DNA of 64,000 nt from Macrostomum lignano (GCA_002269645.1 NIVC01001655.1:190777-254776), one strand, 5' to 3'; counted from the stretch's first letter, positions 1-13,849 are shown. Program-made: numbers and translations. The notes: generated by a model not told the origin, from the sequence alone.

Positions 1-119
1 GTCTGAAAGAGGTTTAGTAATCAATCTCACAAATATGCCACCAGCAACTGTTAACAGCATTTCGGCTGCTGCTGACCTGCAGTCCCACTCGTCATCTGTC
101 TAAGCATCGGCACCCACTG

Positions 120-1140
120 TCGCATTGTGCCAACGCTTTCCAAGTGTTTTACTTGGCATCGCCAACTACCAGACCGTTTCTGCTACAAAGAAGGGGGCCA
201 TTCAGACCTTCGTCAAAGGTCTGGGTTGCCCGGACCAAAACAATGTTAAGATCCGATATTTGTTGAAGACCTTCCGGCACGGAGCCCATAGGCGAAACCC
301 GAGCAGCGGACGCTAGTACGAACAAGATGGGTTCGCCACGCGCGCCGAGGATCGCCACAGAATTATCAAGAGAATAAAAGATCAAAATCAAAACCTCCTA
401 TCGGACACAGTCCAAAGACCATCATCATCTACGACCTTAACAGCTATCGACACAACAAGCGCGTGAAATGGAGCCCAATAAAAAAGAAAGCATTAATTGG
501 CAAGGCATGCACGATGCAGAAACAACGTTGAAAGTACGAGTAGAAATGGAGAAACGCCTTGAAATGATATAAGGGGCAACAATCAGCTCAAACATCCCAT
601 CGTCGAGGCAAGACCTGCAGTCGATCATAACCGAAAGTGCAAGAAAGATTTGCGGCACACGGAGAAAACAAGATGGGAAAGCCAACAATAAAATTGCAAT
701 GAGCCAACCGAGAACACGAAGCCCTCTAAGGAAAGCGCCGATTGCGACAGAGATCGACGACGACCACAGACGGCGACATACCCATGCGAGTACCCAGACT
801 GTGGCAAGATCTGCCGGAAAACTTTTAGACAGGAGGCTACGATGATCGGAGCGAGACAGAGGTGAACATCCAACAATGTGCAGTGCGTCAAATGCGACGC
901 TCTGGTGTAGAGTTCAAATCTGGCGCGGCACAGAAGAGCTAGCTTGTCAGGGGACGGCGGCAGGGGAAGAAGTCAGGCCGTGTAGACAGTGGCTAGGAAG
1001 TATCGCGCAGCAACAGCAACGTGCGAGGACTGCGGACGGGTGCCGTCCAAGACAAACATGGCCTGTCCAGACATCGGAGGACATGTCGAGGCGAGTGATG
1101 ACTACAGGTGTCGAATGCCCTATGGCACATAGAAGATGAC
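120..1140 (+). mobile_element. Degenerate non-LTR retrotransposon remnant (endonuclease/linker-like part plus C-terminal zinc-finger-like motifs)
   Basis: Broken frames give LQSIITESARKICGTRRK (resembles the EN-RT linker), YPCEYPDCGKIC (~780-810), VQCVKCDALV*SSNLARHRR (~880-935) and TCEDCGRV...HGLSRHRRTC (~1020-1090). Many stops and frameshifts; no RT core seen. Confidence 0.35.
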
Positions 1141-1424
1141 TGAAGAAAAGCGGGATGCCAGAGAAGAGAATCTCTGATTGAGTAAACTAAGTTTCTGGTA
1201 TGAAAATACAATATGGAAAAAATTAGACTTGATCATGGAAATTAAGTACGAGTGCAACTTCACTATACCAGGCTGTTTGTTTGTTTTTTGACACTGTTTT
1301 TTTCTAAAATCAACCCAACACACAAGGGTCACAATCACAGTCTTTTCATCTGATGACGGTCACATTGACGATCGACCGTTTTTTGACAGAAACTTTAATC
1401 TCATCAATCCAATCTTTATTTGGA

Positions 1425-2130
1425 TTAGGGATAATCTTATCTGAAATTGGGATTAGCGATAATCCTACCTGATTAGCGATAATCCTATCTGGATTTGGGA
1501 TTAGCGATAATTCTACCTGTATTTGGGATTAGCGATAATCCTATCTGGATTTGGGATTAGCGATAATCCTACCTGTATTTGGATTAGGGATAACCTTTTC
1601 TGAAATTGGGATTAGCGATAATCCTACCTGTATTGGGATTAGCGATAATCCTTTCTGGATTTGGGATTAGCGATAATTCTACCTGTATTTGGGATCATAC
1701 ATGCGCAACAGTCGGCCGAGTCGGCCGATCGGGCCGACCGATTTGGCGGCCAACCAAGGAAGTCGCAAAAATGCCCACCCGAAAAAACACCAAGTAGTAG
1801 TACTAAGTAGCTGACGAGGCATTTTGGCTTTATAAGACTGTTATAGTTACTCCTGCCGTTTACCCAAAGTTGCGTTAATTTTGCTTTCGGGTTTTTTACA
1901 TGTAAGTCGCATTTTTGGCCAAAAACTACGTCGCATTTTTGTTAAAACTAAGTCGCACGGCCGACCGAATTTTGGAGGTTGCGCATGTATGTTTGGGATT
2001 AGCGATAATCCAACCTGTATTTGGGATTAGCGATAATCCAACCTGTATTTGGGATTAGCGATAATCCTACCTGTATTTGGGATTAGCGATAATCCTATCT
2101 GGATTTTGGATTAGGGATAATCCTATCCCT
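1425..2130. repeat. ~28-bp minisatellite (GGGATTAGCGATAATCCTACCTGTATTT)n, interrupted by a MITE
   Basis: Tandem copies at ~1445-1695 and 1992-2130. Confidence 0.95.
1696..1991. mobile_element. 296-bp MITE with 14-bp TIR and 8-bp TSD (hAT-like)
   Basis: CATACATGCGCAAC at 1696; its exact reverse complement GTTGCGCATGTATG ends at 1991. TTTGGGAT is duplicated at 1688-1695 and 1992-1999. Confidence 0.85.
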
Positions 2131-4974
2131 AAGATGCGGAAGAATGCGGATAAGTACATAACTTTTGGGATTTAGAGTTATAATAAATTTTAAAATTGAC
2201 CTTTCGCTGCAGCGCCTCGATCTGCTGCCGGCTCCATGCCGCCTCCTGCTCCAAGTCGGCCACGTACTGAGCATTGTAGGCTGGCCGGGCGCGCTCTCGC
2301 ATCCTGGCGGCGAACAGGCAGCGCATCTCGGCAGCCTCGGCGTCCTTCTTCGCCAGCCGATCGCGAAGCTGAGCGACGCCTTGCTGCAGTTCAACGACGC
2401 GGAGCTCCGCTTTCACCCGACGATCTTCCAGTTCGGCGAACAGCGAGTTGCCGCGCTCCACCAGCTGGCGAGCGTCGCCAGCTTCAGCGTCCGTTGACAA
2501 GGCGTCGCCGTCGTTAGCTTCCGAGTTGGGCGCGCCGCCTGGACGACCCGCGGCGGCCGCTCGGAGTCTCTGCTCGTCGACCGCCAAGACGAGGGCCTCG
2601 GCCTCGGCTTCTCGTTCGGCGAGGCGGTCGCGCAGCAGCGAAGACTCTGCGCGGGCGGCGTCGGCGGCTTCTTCGGCATCGGCGAGGCGAACGGCCAGCT
2701 TGCGCAGCTCCGACTGGGGAAATTTAGAAGATATGATGATGGGATTTTGAGGATATGATGGGATTTTGAAGATATGATGGAATTTTGAGGATGATGATGG
2801 GATTTTGAGGATGATGATGGGATTTCGAGGATGATGATAATTGGATTTTTAGAATGATGATGGAATTTTATGGATGATGATGGGATTTTGAGGGTGATGA
2901 TGGGATTTCGAGGATGATGATGGGATTTCGAGGATGATGATAATGGGATTTTTAGAATGATGATGGAATTTTATGGATGATGATGGGATTTTGAGGGTGA
3001 TGATGGGATTTCGAGGATGATGATGGGATTTCGAGGATGATGATAATGGGATTTTTAGAATGATGATGGAATTTTATGGATGATGATGGGATTTTGAGGG
3101 TGATGATGGGATTTCGAGGATGATGATGGGATTTTGAGGATATGATGGGATTTCGAGGATGATGATAATGGGGTTTTGATAATACGATGGGATTTTGATA
3201 TGGGCGTGTCCTACGGTTTAGGCTACTGGTTTACTGGTTTCTTTTCAATTTGATTAATTTGAGCTCGGGAGACTCCGGGCTTAAAGCTGGAAGATTTTTT
3301 TAGCTACCTTAAATTGTATGAGTAGTCGTTACTATCTAGGCTATGTTGCTCTACTAATCTGCTATTACGTACTTTTATTTGGTAGGTCGCTGCCACAAGA
3401 CTAATGCCCCTTATAAATTAATGTTAAATTAAAATAAGTGAGACAAGAGTCAGTTTCATATAAGATTATTTAGATTAGATAAACAAAAGAAATATTATTA
3501 AACCAAATATGCAAAGACAGTACACAATTAATCCCTGTTTTAGCACTTCGGTAGACTCCGATTACTTATTTAGACCAATGGTAGACTCCTTTAGTCTTTT
3601 CTTATGTTACCTGATTTATAATCCTATTCTCGGTAGACTCCGTTTTTGACTAAGTGGTAGACTCCTTCTTAGCCTCCCTATTTTACCCCTTAGAATTTTA
3701 TCCTTAACTTACCCTTGATTTCTTTAAGCTTCTGTATTAAATTTTGAAAGGGAGACTCCCTTATTTTCTATTCTAGAATTGAGATCTTTGTCTCTATAAA
3801 TAATGTCCTGATGGACGGTCCTGAACGGATGCTTTTCCCGAGGCTAAACAGCCTTTTACTAATAGAGGAACCCGCTAATACTCGAATTCCCACAACTTCG
3901 ACTACTTTCCCGAGGGTGAACTACTATCAGTAGTGTAAAAGCAAAACTGCTTATTCTCGATTTTAAAAAGCTGAAGTAAAATGACTTGGCGAATCAGAAC
4001 CCTTGGCAAACGCCTTTAGCAAAACTGCTTGAACTAAACCCCCCTACTACAATTTTAATAATATGATGAGATTTTGAGGATAATGGTGATAAGATGTGAG
4101 GATTTATGATGTGATTTTGGGGATTGATGAGATTCTAAGGCAGGGGTCTGCAAATCCGGCCTGCTCAAGGTTTATCACTTTTCAGCTCTCTTCTCCATTC
4201 TCTCATCTCTGCCCTCTTTTTTCTTTTCTCCCTCTCCTCTCTAGCTACAAGATTATTATCGTACATACGCGACGCTTTAAAAAGTGATTTAATTTAGATT
4301 TGCTTTCTGTCCTAATACTAAATCTAAATAATCAGAGTATTAGTTTGGCAGCATTCGCTTTTACCCACCTTATAAGTCAGCTCCTGCTCATAGCGGTCTC
4401 GCAGTGCTTCCTCCTCTGCGTCGCGGGCAGCGGCCAGCGCCTCCTTGACCTCGGCCAGCTGCGAGCGGAGCAGCGACACCGTCGAGTCGGTTGCGGCTGT
4501 CGCCGAGGCTGGATTAGCCGCAGTCACCTGAGTTGTAGCAGATGCCGATGTGCTGGATGACGCGGCGACTGTCTCCTTGCCAGTCACGCTGGCTGACTCA
4601 GCCGGTGTTTGCGGCGAGCTGCCGGCGGAAGCGGCGGCGGCAGCAGCGGCAGCAGCGGCGGCAGCGTTGGCCTGTTTCAGCTCCGCAGCCAGCGCTTTCC
4701 GAGCTCGCTCGAGTTCGTCTAACTCGGAGGCGTAGTGCGACTCCATTTGGCGGGCAATTTTAAGGCCGCCATTTAGTTCGTGATTCTCCTGCTCAAGTGA
4801 GCAGCAGCGACCGTTCAGGTCGGCCAGCTGTCTCTGCAGGCGGCTGCAGACCGCCCGCTTGTGCTGCAGATTTTCCTCCAGCTCCTGGCGGCTCAAGCAG
4901 TCCGGGCTGCCTTTGTTTGGCGTGTCCGCCTCCAGTGGGGAAGGCAGCATCTCAGTGCTGGTTGCATCAATCAT
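2129..4974 (-). CDS. Coiled-coil, Ala-rich protein of unknown function (at least 2 coding exons)
   Basis: Exon 4974-4369 (MIDATSTEM...EQELTYK, donor aag|gtgggt) splices in frame to exon 2713-2201 (acceptor ttccccag|, SELRKLAVRLADAEE...QIEALQRK, donor aag|gtcaat). Heptad-like E/L/R/A composition. The downstream exon was not identified; without that splice the frame ends at 2129. Confidence 0.65.
2725..3200. repeat. ~17-20-bp intronic minisatellite (GATGATGATGGGATTTTGAG)n
   Basis: Starts just beyond the 2714 acceptor of the coiled-coil gene. Confidence 0.9.
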
Positions 4975-5319
4975 TATTGGACATGCAAGCTGTGCAAGAT
5001 ATCCAGACTTGAATGGCAAACTAAAAATATGCAATCTGACACCTTCGCTCTGTGGCCACTTGAGACTGGCAGAGATATCTACCATTGCTGTTTGCTTTCT
5101 AGCTGCTGTATAGCATCAAATGGTATACATGTATCTTATGTAGCTACGAATATGGCTACAGGAAGTTACAGTATACAGAGGTTTTTCAGCAAAGCATACA
5201 GATATGGATATCGTTACAGGTACTCATACTTCATATATTTAGTTCCCATCTAGCAATACCACTCAACTGAGAATTGAAAGACCACTAGAGCTATAGGGTT
5301 AAGGTAGTAGAAATCAATG

Positions 5320-5945
5320 AATTTTGCCAGTTTCAAAGTGAGAGGAACTTTTAAGTCCCTAGAATTGAGGATTAGGATAGAACAGGATGGAACATTCCAC
5401 ATTGCGGTTGGGTGGTATGGGCTAAAGTTAAAACAATTTTTTTCACTTTCAAATGAGAGCTCTTAGGTCCCTGCATGGATTTGGGGACTTAGCAACAGAA
5501 AGTTTTGGTGCCACATGCATGATATAGTTGGGTGGTGTAAGGGGGGGCTAATGTTAAGATGAATGTTTTCACTTTCAATGCAGGGAAGCTCTTAAGTCCC
5601 TGGGTTGGGGACTTAAACAATAGAGTTTTGATGTCACATGAACATTGGGATTGGGTGGTGGGGCTAAATTAAAGATGAATGTTTTCACTTTCAATGTGAA
5701 GGCTAAGGGGAGCTCTTTTTTAAGTTACTAGAATTAGGGACTTAAGCAACAAAGACAAATGTTTGACTCTATATGCATATTGAGGTTCAAATAAGGGGGG
5801 GGGGGGGGGGGTTATAGTTAAGATATGTTTTTACTTTCAATATAAAGGGAGCTTTAAGTCCCTGGGATCAGGGACTCAAACAACACATTTTTGACACCAT
5901 ATACACATTTTGGTTGGGATAGTAGGGGCTTAAGTTAAGATAAAT
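5320..5945. repeat. Degenerate ~120-bp tandem repeat, about 5 copies
   Basis: Recurring TTTTCACTTTCAA...CTCTTAAGTCCCT...GGGACTTA...GGGGCTAA..TTAAGAT blocks. Confidence 0.7.
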
Positions 5946-8900
5946 AAAGCCAATAAGGAAGCCACCTAGTATCTATCACTATCAAAAAGGCAAAATTGGA
6001 AAGGAGGCTTTTTGGAAACCAACTGATGAGTAGGTCATCGCCCTCGCAGAAGATCTTGGTAAAAATTGGAAGTTTTGTTATATAAGTTACTTAAACAATA
6101 TAAGAAAAGGAGAGGGAAAAGAAAGGAGAGAGAAAATAGTGAGAGGGAGAAAGAGAGGGGAGAGAGGAAGAAAGAGGGAAGAGGGGATAAAAGAAAAGAG
6201 AGAAAAATGATAGAAAAGGACATTTTCCCTTGGCTTCAACTAAGTAGTCTCTGCAACTTGAGTAGCAGCACTTTGTATAGTGGCTTAGGTTAGCAAGCCT
6301 CCAACTAGAGGATGTGACTAGCCAGTTAAAGTCATTGCTGCATTGCAGGTCAGAAATCCACATCAAGTGCACTTTTATATAAAGCATGGTATTGGTCTTA
6401 CTTACTGTCTAGACTAATTAATGCACACTCCAAAAAACTGCACACAACATAGCCATATATGCAGCATCTAGCTGGTCTCTTCTTGATTGATGTCTATCAA
6501 GGCCCAGGTCTTAGTGTTATACAATTATAGAAATTTTATTAGCTATAGATATAATAAAAAGGGCCTATCAACTTAAGCTCAAAAAGTCATAAAGTAGAGC
6601 CCAAAATGTAATCTATAATGTAATGTATATAAATTATATCACTCTTCTATCTATAGTGACACTAAGAAGCTAGATTTGGTAAAAAAATATAAACATTTGG
6701 ACTTAGGATAGAAAAAAGCAAACAAAGAAATAATTAAGTACTCTATTCTACCTTATAAGCTTAAGTTTATATAATAGTCCTTAATTGTCTCCTTGCTTAT
6801 TTTGTCCGATTTTAAGGTCCAAATTTTGTCATTTTTTGCCAAACTCAGCTTTTTACCCTACAGTTAGGATCATGACATGCCTGCCTGTGCCAGAACAAAT
6901 TCTATCAAAAAGTTTGCTTGTGTTGTATATTGTATTTTTTTAAAAATGCAAAAATCTGTCATTTTCATTGGAAAATAAGCCTACCAAATAAAACTTGTAT
7001 TTTAATCTGTTTCATAGAAAATGCAATCTTAATATAAATTAATTAAAAAAGCTATCAATATACTAGCAAACAAAAAGTGTTAAACCTAATAAAAAGAAGT
7101 TATATGCTAATTTTTTTATAGAAAATTTTGTCTTGGAAGTTTTTATCTTGCACTAAACCATACCAATTTTTTTATCTTGCACTATACTATGCTAGCGCAG
7201 CATATATCAAACCTTCTTTAATATCAGTATTTTCTATAAAAAAAGGCAATCTTCCTAACTATGGCTCTTAATTCATTTAAAATATAACTCTAGAGTCTAC
7301 TTATAGTTTTAGGCCTATATTTTCACAAATAAATTTTAACAAATTATACAAGCCTAAATTTTAACCAGGCTAGTGACTTAGTCATATATTTTAACAAATT
7401 GACAATATATTGACAATAGGCCTATATGCATAAAAAATATTGTGACTAGGGGCCTATTGCCTTTATAAATATAGCCTTTTTGATCTATCATCCTTTTGTT
7501 TTTAGTTTGACCTACATTATATATTGTCTTTCTAAAGAATTATAGGGCCTAAGGGCAGGGGCCGCCTAAGTATTTTAGAGCTCATTTGAAAAAAATTTGC
7601 CAGATGGCTTTTGAAAATCAACTTAAGGGCCTAAAAGGGGCCTACAGACAGACAGACAAACAAACAGCATAGAATTAGGCCTAGCCTAATTAATAGGGCC
7701 GATAATTAGACTACAATATAATGAGATTTTGAAAGTTAGACCTCTATTGACTATTTTAGTAATAGTAGGCTGGCCCTAGGCATACTTTTCATTCATTTTA
7801 TTTAATAAATCTCATTTGCCTAATAAAAAACCTTACTATAGAAAATAGGTCTAGTATAGTAATAAAAACCATGCTAGGCGGCTAAGCCGCCTATTGCTAC
7901 AATTCAAAAGGTTAGGTTAGGTGACCTCATAGTCACTGACATCGTCATCGACATGACTGACACACCTGACAGTGACAGACATTAAAAAAGAATGCCAGTA
8001 AATTCGAATAGGGGCCTAGGCCTACAGTATTCTACAGTATTCAGGCGATGGTTAAACTTTGAAATGTCCGTCTGCATAACAGCATAACTGTTGGCTGTTG
8101 GTCCGCGCTGGAAACCCAAACATTATTATGTTTATTAGGCTTGCCTTAATGTAGGCCTAGCTAGTGGAAAATTCTAGGACTAAGACTAAGAGCAGTGAGA
8201 AAAAAGACGCAATTTTAGTGAAATGTGATTATTTCTTTTAAAGAGCACGGCGAATTCGCAAACACATTAAATATTTTACATAATTTAGGACTTGGTCACT
8301 GAAGCCAGCTGCACTGCAGCTGAAAGTCCACTGTCTGGCAGTCATGATCTGCTGAAACTTGAAACCGAAAATATTTGCGCTTTAAAATAGAAGCAAAATT
8401 TAACAAATGCAGAGTAGGGCGAACTTAGGATCACGTTGGACAACCAACTTTGTTGTCGTGTAAAAACGATCAGCAAACTTGAAAAGATTAATTTTTCAGT
8501 AGACTAAGTTTCCTTTATTTCCTTATTCGTGAGTATTTCTTTGAAGCTTTGTGTAAATGTGTAGCATAGAACCTTGATACACTTTAATGATATAGCAAAA
8601 CTTATAACTTTTAAATCCTAAATATAATCTAAACAATATATTTCATGTTTTGCATGGGATAACCGTTCAATAATAAATAAATATTAGCTCAGGACACTTT
8701 TTTGGATCTGAAAGGTTATCTCTGGAAAGTTTTATAGTTTACCAAGACAATGTGACATGTCAATACTTTCTTAATGCTCAACAGGATCATATTTTCAGAA
8801 TTCAGAATTCTAGGCACTTAAGGTGAAGAATTTTGTTTCTTTCTTTAATGTTTGCCATTCCTCCAAGCTCTTTACAATACAAGCTAATCTTGGAAATCAA

Positions 8901-10024
8901 TCTTTGCTAAAAAACAGCTTTTGAATACGCTAATATAAACGTCATGATGAACTCTTACAAAGCGCACTAACTTAACTTTTTAGTTTTCTAAGAAGCCACA
9001 TCCTGGTAATTCATATCACGTTACACACTAATGTTTTGTAGTGTGAAGCGTTAGACAGAAATTGACATAAGGATATTACTGGATATATCCTATCCTGTAG
9101 ACTATTCATCTAAAAGTGTCCTTATGTGTCCTTGTTTTGTCCAGGCGCAACATTACCGGGCGTAGATATAAGTGTAAATACCAGTTTAAAAATCACATAA
9201 AAAGAAAGGCTGTTTTTCAACAATATAATTGATAAGGCCTATTGGCTATTATTCTATTGTTTTAGACTTTTAGTTTATAAGTTGTCTGAGTTGATAATTT
9301 AATTTATTGTTCGGTGAAATATATTTAAATTATATTTTTGGCGAAGTAGTTAATTTTTTCTAGGCTCTTGATGATCTTGATCTTAACAATAGTTTGATAG
9401 GAGCATGCCATTTTATTAGGTTGCAAGATAGTTGCTTGTGTTGTATATTGTTCGTAATAAATCTGCTTGAAAAGTCGTTTTTTTGTTTCCATAGGTCCCT
9501 TTACAAAGAGCCTACTGCATTGTTTAACTGTTTCTGCTTTATATTACTTCTAGTTCTAGTCATGTTTTCCTTTAAAAGCTTAGCTAAAATAATTTTTCAT
9601 AGTTTTTCACAGGTATAATATTAGTTATCAATGGGCTATATATATTATAATGTTTTTTATCACTGCAAAATTAGTTCAATTATACTTTCGTTTGTGGTTA
9701 ATTCACTTGTTCTATATTTTGTGTTATGTTTTCTAACTTTTAATGTTGCCAAATTATTATATCTAGTTGTTGCTAGTTATTTTATTGAGAAACACTGTTT
9801 TGTAGTTTATTTATTTTTTATCAATGTACAATTTAACAGCTTATTCAATATAAATTCATTTTCCTATTTCAAGAATAGAATAGTTTTAGGTATTTTTAAT
9901 CCATTGGGTACTGTTCACATGACAACCTAAATTTCGTAACTCTTGTGAATTCTACCTACTTTTAATTCATTCCAATTTTACTCATAGTAAGAACTGTACT
10001 ATAAATCTAGCTTTACTCCAATTC

Positions 10025-13000
10025 ATGGCATCTGTGCTATATCTACCGCGCATGGCATCTCAGAGATATATGTATCTGAAAGACATTCCTGCAAGGGATA
10101 TGTACCATCTGCAAACTGTTGTGAGCACCTCGGAGTCCACTGACCGCTTTGGCGCCTGGTTACTCCTGGCAAATTTTGCTGGTTTCCCTACCGAAACAAT
10201 CAACAGAATCAAAGCCATGGGCAGCAATAGAGTAGAATGGACAAAGACATTCTTTGACAATTGGCTGCAGCGGCTTCCAACTCTGGCCTCGGTTGCTCGC
10301 GCTGTCACCAAAGCATCCCTAGTTGAAGCTGTCAGAATCCTGGAGCCTCTGTGCCACGGCGAGGCTCTGCAGATCCTTCAGCAGTGGCAGCGAATGCAGG
10401 ATGAAGAGCTTCAGCTGCAGTTGCCGCCGCCGTCTCCAACCATGGGTGCACCGAGGCAGCAGCAGCAGCAGCAGCAGCAGCATGGCGAGTTCCAGCAATC
10501 AGCTGACAGTTTCGTTGTGCAGCATCGGGAAAACCCGCACGGCATCGAGGCCAACTCCGCCCCCACTGCGACTGACATGGAGACAGAAAATCAGGTGATT
10601 TGGTGAAATGATGGCCAGTTTCTTTGCACCGTTTTGTTTCCTATTGACGAAGTATTGACGTATTGAGCATTTTTTATTCAATTTCCTATACACGTACTTT
10701 TTCGCTTGCTTTATAAACCTTTCTACGTATTCTTTCTAATTCAGCATCGCAAAAATTTATGCTGGATAATAATCTTAACCGTGCCAACAAACAATTCCTG
10801 ACGACCCCCTCCCCCTTGCTATTCTACGCCAAGCCAACCAGCTGCCTCGCTGAGCTGCCCCAGACTCAGCCTGCTGCTACACCTGCAGCCCCCGTCGCAT
10901 TGAGACAACCGGCGCCCGCCGTCAGAACTCAGGTAAAAATAGCTTTGATCGCTTTTTTTTAATCTCTTGCCTTTCTTCCTCGTCTCCAATGCTTAATTTC
11001 TGTTCTCCTTCTCTGTGCCCAGGATTTAATTTTTTAATACATTTCTAGGAATCTCGGGGATGCTAGTTAAAGTCGTTACTCTGTTCCTTAATTCTTAATA
11101 AGATTCGTAAACGTTTTTTTTCTCTCATAAAATATTCCCAATCTCGAACAGTAGGAATCCCGATCTCTAAATTCTATTTCTGAAAAAATATTGGTATCGA
11201 TTTAATGTCTAAAAAGTCACATCCAATTTTTAAGAACCCTGATACACTTTCAAAGAATCCGTGATACACTTTCCAAGAATCCCTGATACACTTTCCAAGA
11301 ATCCCTGATACACTTTCCAAGAATCCGTGATACACTTTCCAAGAATCCCTCATACACTTTCCACGAATCCATGGAATCCATGATACACTTTTCAAGAATC
11401 CGTGATAGTCTTTCCAAGAATCCCTGATGCACTTTCCAAGAACTCCTGATACATTTTCCAAGAATCCCTGAATACATTTTCCAAGAACTCCAGATATATT
11501 TTCCAAGAAATTCAATCAAACTTCTAGGAAACCGGATAATTTCTAAGAATCATTTTTTCAATTCTAAGAAACCAGAGCCAACTTAAACAAAAGAATCCCT
11601 AATCTCCGAACTCCAACTCCGCTCACTCAGCTGCGCATCTCGTGGAGGATGGGCAGTTTCAACCGTCAGCCCGTGCGGCAGCTGCAGCTGGTGACCAACA
11701 CAGATGAGGCTTGGGCGGCCGCCAACCGGCTGCTGAGTTTCCATCGCCAACTCGCCCATCCGCACCTGGCACCGCTGCTTGGTTCGCAAAAGTTCTCTGG
11801 CAGTGTCGATTTGTACTTTCCCGTCTACCAGTGCACTTTAGAGGATGCTTATTGCTGTCGAATTATGACGAAATTTCGATGCCCATTGGACTTCGAGTCC
11901 CGGCTGCGGCTGCTGTTCGGCATCGCCAAGGCGCTGCTGTACCTGCATGGCGGCCAGCAGGCTGGGCAGAGCTTCGTGTTGGGCAACCTGGCTGCCAACT
12001 CTGTGAGTCCCAGTCCGGCCTTCAATTTTTGTAGGATTTAATTTGCTTTACTAAGAATCTCGATCTCTCATTCTAAGAATTTTGATCGCATTTCTAAGAA
12101 TCTTCATCTCATTTCTAAAATTCTGGATTTTTTATTTCAAGGAATCTCAATCTCATTTCGAAAAATATTATCCCGTTTTCTATGAAACCTGATCCCGTTT
12201 CTAAGAAACCCGATCCCATTTATAATAATATCGATCTCATTTCTAAGAATCTTGATCTCATTTCTAAGATTCCTGATTGCATGCTTAAGAACTCCGACCA
12301 TTTTTTAGGAATCCTTATCACTTTCTAGGAATCTAGACATCATTTCTATGAATCCCGAGGCCATTTATCTATTAAGAATCCCACTATGAAATTTTTAGAA
12401 TCGCAATGGGGCGGAGAGTCTGGAGCTCTTGTGCGCTTTATTAGTGATGTGGCGGAGAGTCTGGAGCTCTTGTGCGCTTTATTAGTGATGGGGCGGAGAG
12501 TCTGGAGCTCTTGTGCGCTTTATTAGTGATGGGGCGGAGAGTCTGGAGCTCTTGTGCGCTCCATTAGTGATGGGGCGGAGAGTCTGGAGCTCTTGTGCGC
12601 TTCATTTGTGATGGGGCGGAGGGTCTGGAGCTCTTGTGCGCTCAATTAGTGATGGGGCGGAGGGTCTGGAGCTCTTGTGCGCTTCATTAGTGATGGAGCG
12701 GAGGGTCTGGAGCTCTTGTGCGCTTCATTAGTGATGGAGCGGAGGGTCTGGAGCTCTTGTGCGCTTCATTAGTGATGGGGCGGAGGGTCTGGAGCTCTTG
12801 TGCGCTCAATTAGTGATGGGGCGGAGGGTCTGGAGCTCTTGTGCGCTTCATTAGTGATGGGGCGGAGGGTCTGGAGCTCTTGTGCGCTTCATTAGTGATG
12901 GGGCGGAGGGTCTGGAGCTCTTGTGCGCTCCATTAGTGATGGGGCGGAGAGTCTGGAGCTCTTGTGCGCTTCTTTAGTGATGGGGCGGAGAGTCTGGAGC

Positions 13001-13627
13001 TCTTGTGCGCTTCATTAGTGATGGGGCGGAGGGTCTGGAGCTCTTGTGCGCTCCATTAGTGATGGGGCGGAGGGTCTGGAGCTCTTGTGCGCTCAATTAG
13101 TGATGGGGCGGAGGGTCTGGAGCTCTTGTGCGCTCCATTAGTGATGGGGCGGAGAGTCTGGATTACATTTTCACTACAAAGCCACTGCCGTAACGCCGCA
13201 GGTAATGCTTGACAGTTTTTGGTGTCCAGCCATCTGCGACCTGACGGAACTGCGCGAGGCCGACGCCAACGAGAATTTCTCAGCAGACGTGTCGGCTTTC
13301 AAAACCGTTGCCATGGAGACCCTGACTGGCTGGTCCAGCCGCCAGGACAGGCGCAAATTCAACGAAGCAGTCAACAAAGTGGACGAGCTGCTGACACTGC
13401 AGCCCGATACTCGGGATCAGCTTGTGCTGGATAGCGAGTGCCTGATGCCGGACGAGATGAGGCCAGACGAGACTCAAGTTGATGAGGATGACATCAGCTT
13501 AATGTGCAGGCTCTATCAAAACTTTCTCATCTTGATGCACAAAACAGCTGGCATTGTCAGTATGCAAGACTTGGCAGAGGTTATGAGACAGCATCAGCAC
13601 TTTAACAGAATTTGGTACACGTTCTGA
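10025..13627 (+). CDS. Death-domain plus degenerate kinase domain (IRAK/Pelle-like pseudokinase)
   Basis: Exons 10025-10594, ~10834-10932 (acceptor uncertain), 11631-12002 and 13202-13627; the listed junctions are in phase 0. N-terminus has a death-domain pattern (YLKDIP...WLLLANFAGF...FFDNWLQR.PTLASVARAV...AVRIL). Kinase subdomains: HPHLAPLLG, PLDFESRLRLLFGIAKALLYLH, VLGNLAANS|VMLD, ICDLTELRE, ADVSAFKTVAMETLTG. Confidence 0.75.
11235..11510. repeat. 22-bp intronic minisatellite (GATACACTTTCCAAGAATCCCT)n
   Basis: About 12 tandem copies; explains the spurious ORFs at 11174-11519. Confidence 0.9.
12408..13161. repeat. 41-bp intronic minisatellite (ATTAGTGATGGGGCGGAGRGTCTGGAGCTCTTGTGCGCTYY)n, about 18 copies
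   Basis: Period of 41 (TGGAGCTC at 12421, 12462, ...); head-to-tail with no spacers. Confidence 0.95.
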
Positions 13628-13849
13628 CCGATCTGAGACTTGAAAATGCTGTATCCAAGTATTTTTAAACTAAGCAGCTTGTTTTAGTTTCTGTTTTTAA
13701 AATATTTTTTACAAGTAGGGAATTGCAAGCGTAATTTTTTGTGAGTTCTGAGATTTGTGAGCTCTGTAAACTTTTAGTTTGGAATACAGAGTTTAAGAGA
13801 TTTCGAACTCCGGATCGTTAGTATGAGATTTTGAACACCAAAGACACCA

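Noticed and set aside
3200-4020. Intronic insert with repeated AGACTCC motifs, possibly LTR-like
   Set aside because: No TG...CA ends, TSD or coding similarity could be established.
12408-13161. 41-bp array as a CRISPR
   Set aside because: Head-to-tail monomers with no unique spacers, inside a spliceosomal intron, and no cas genes.
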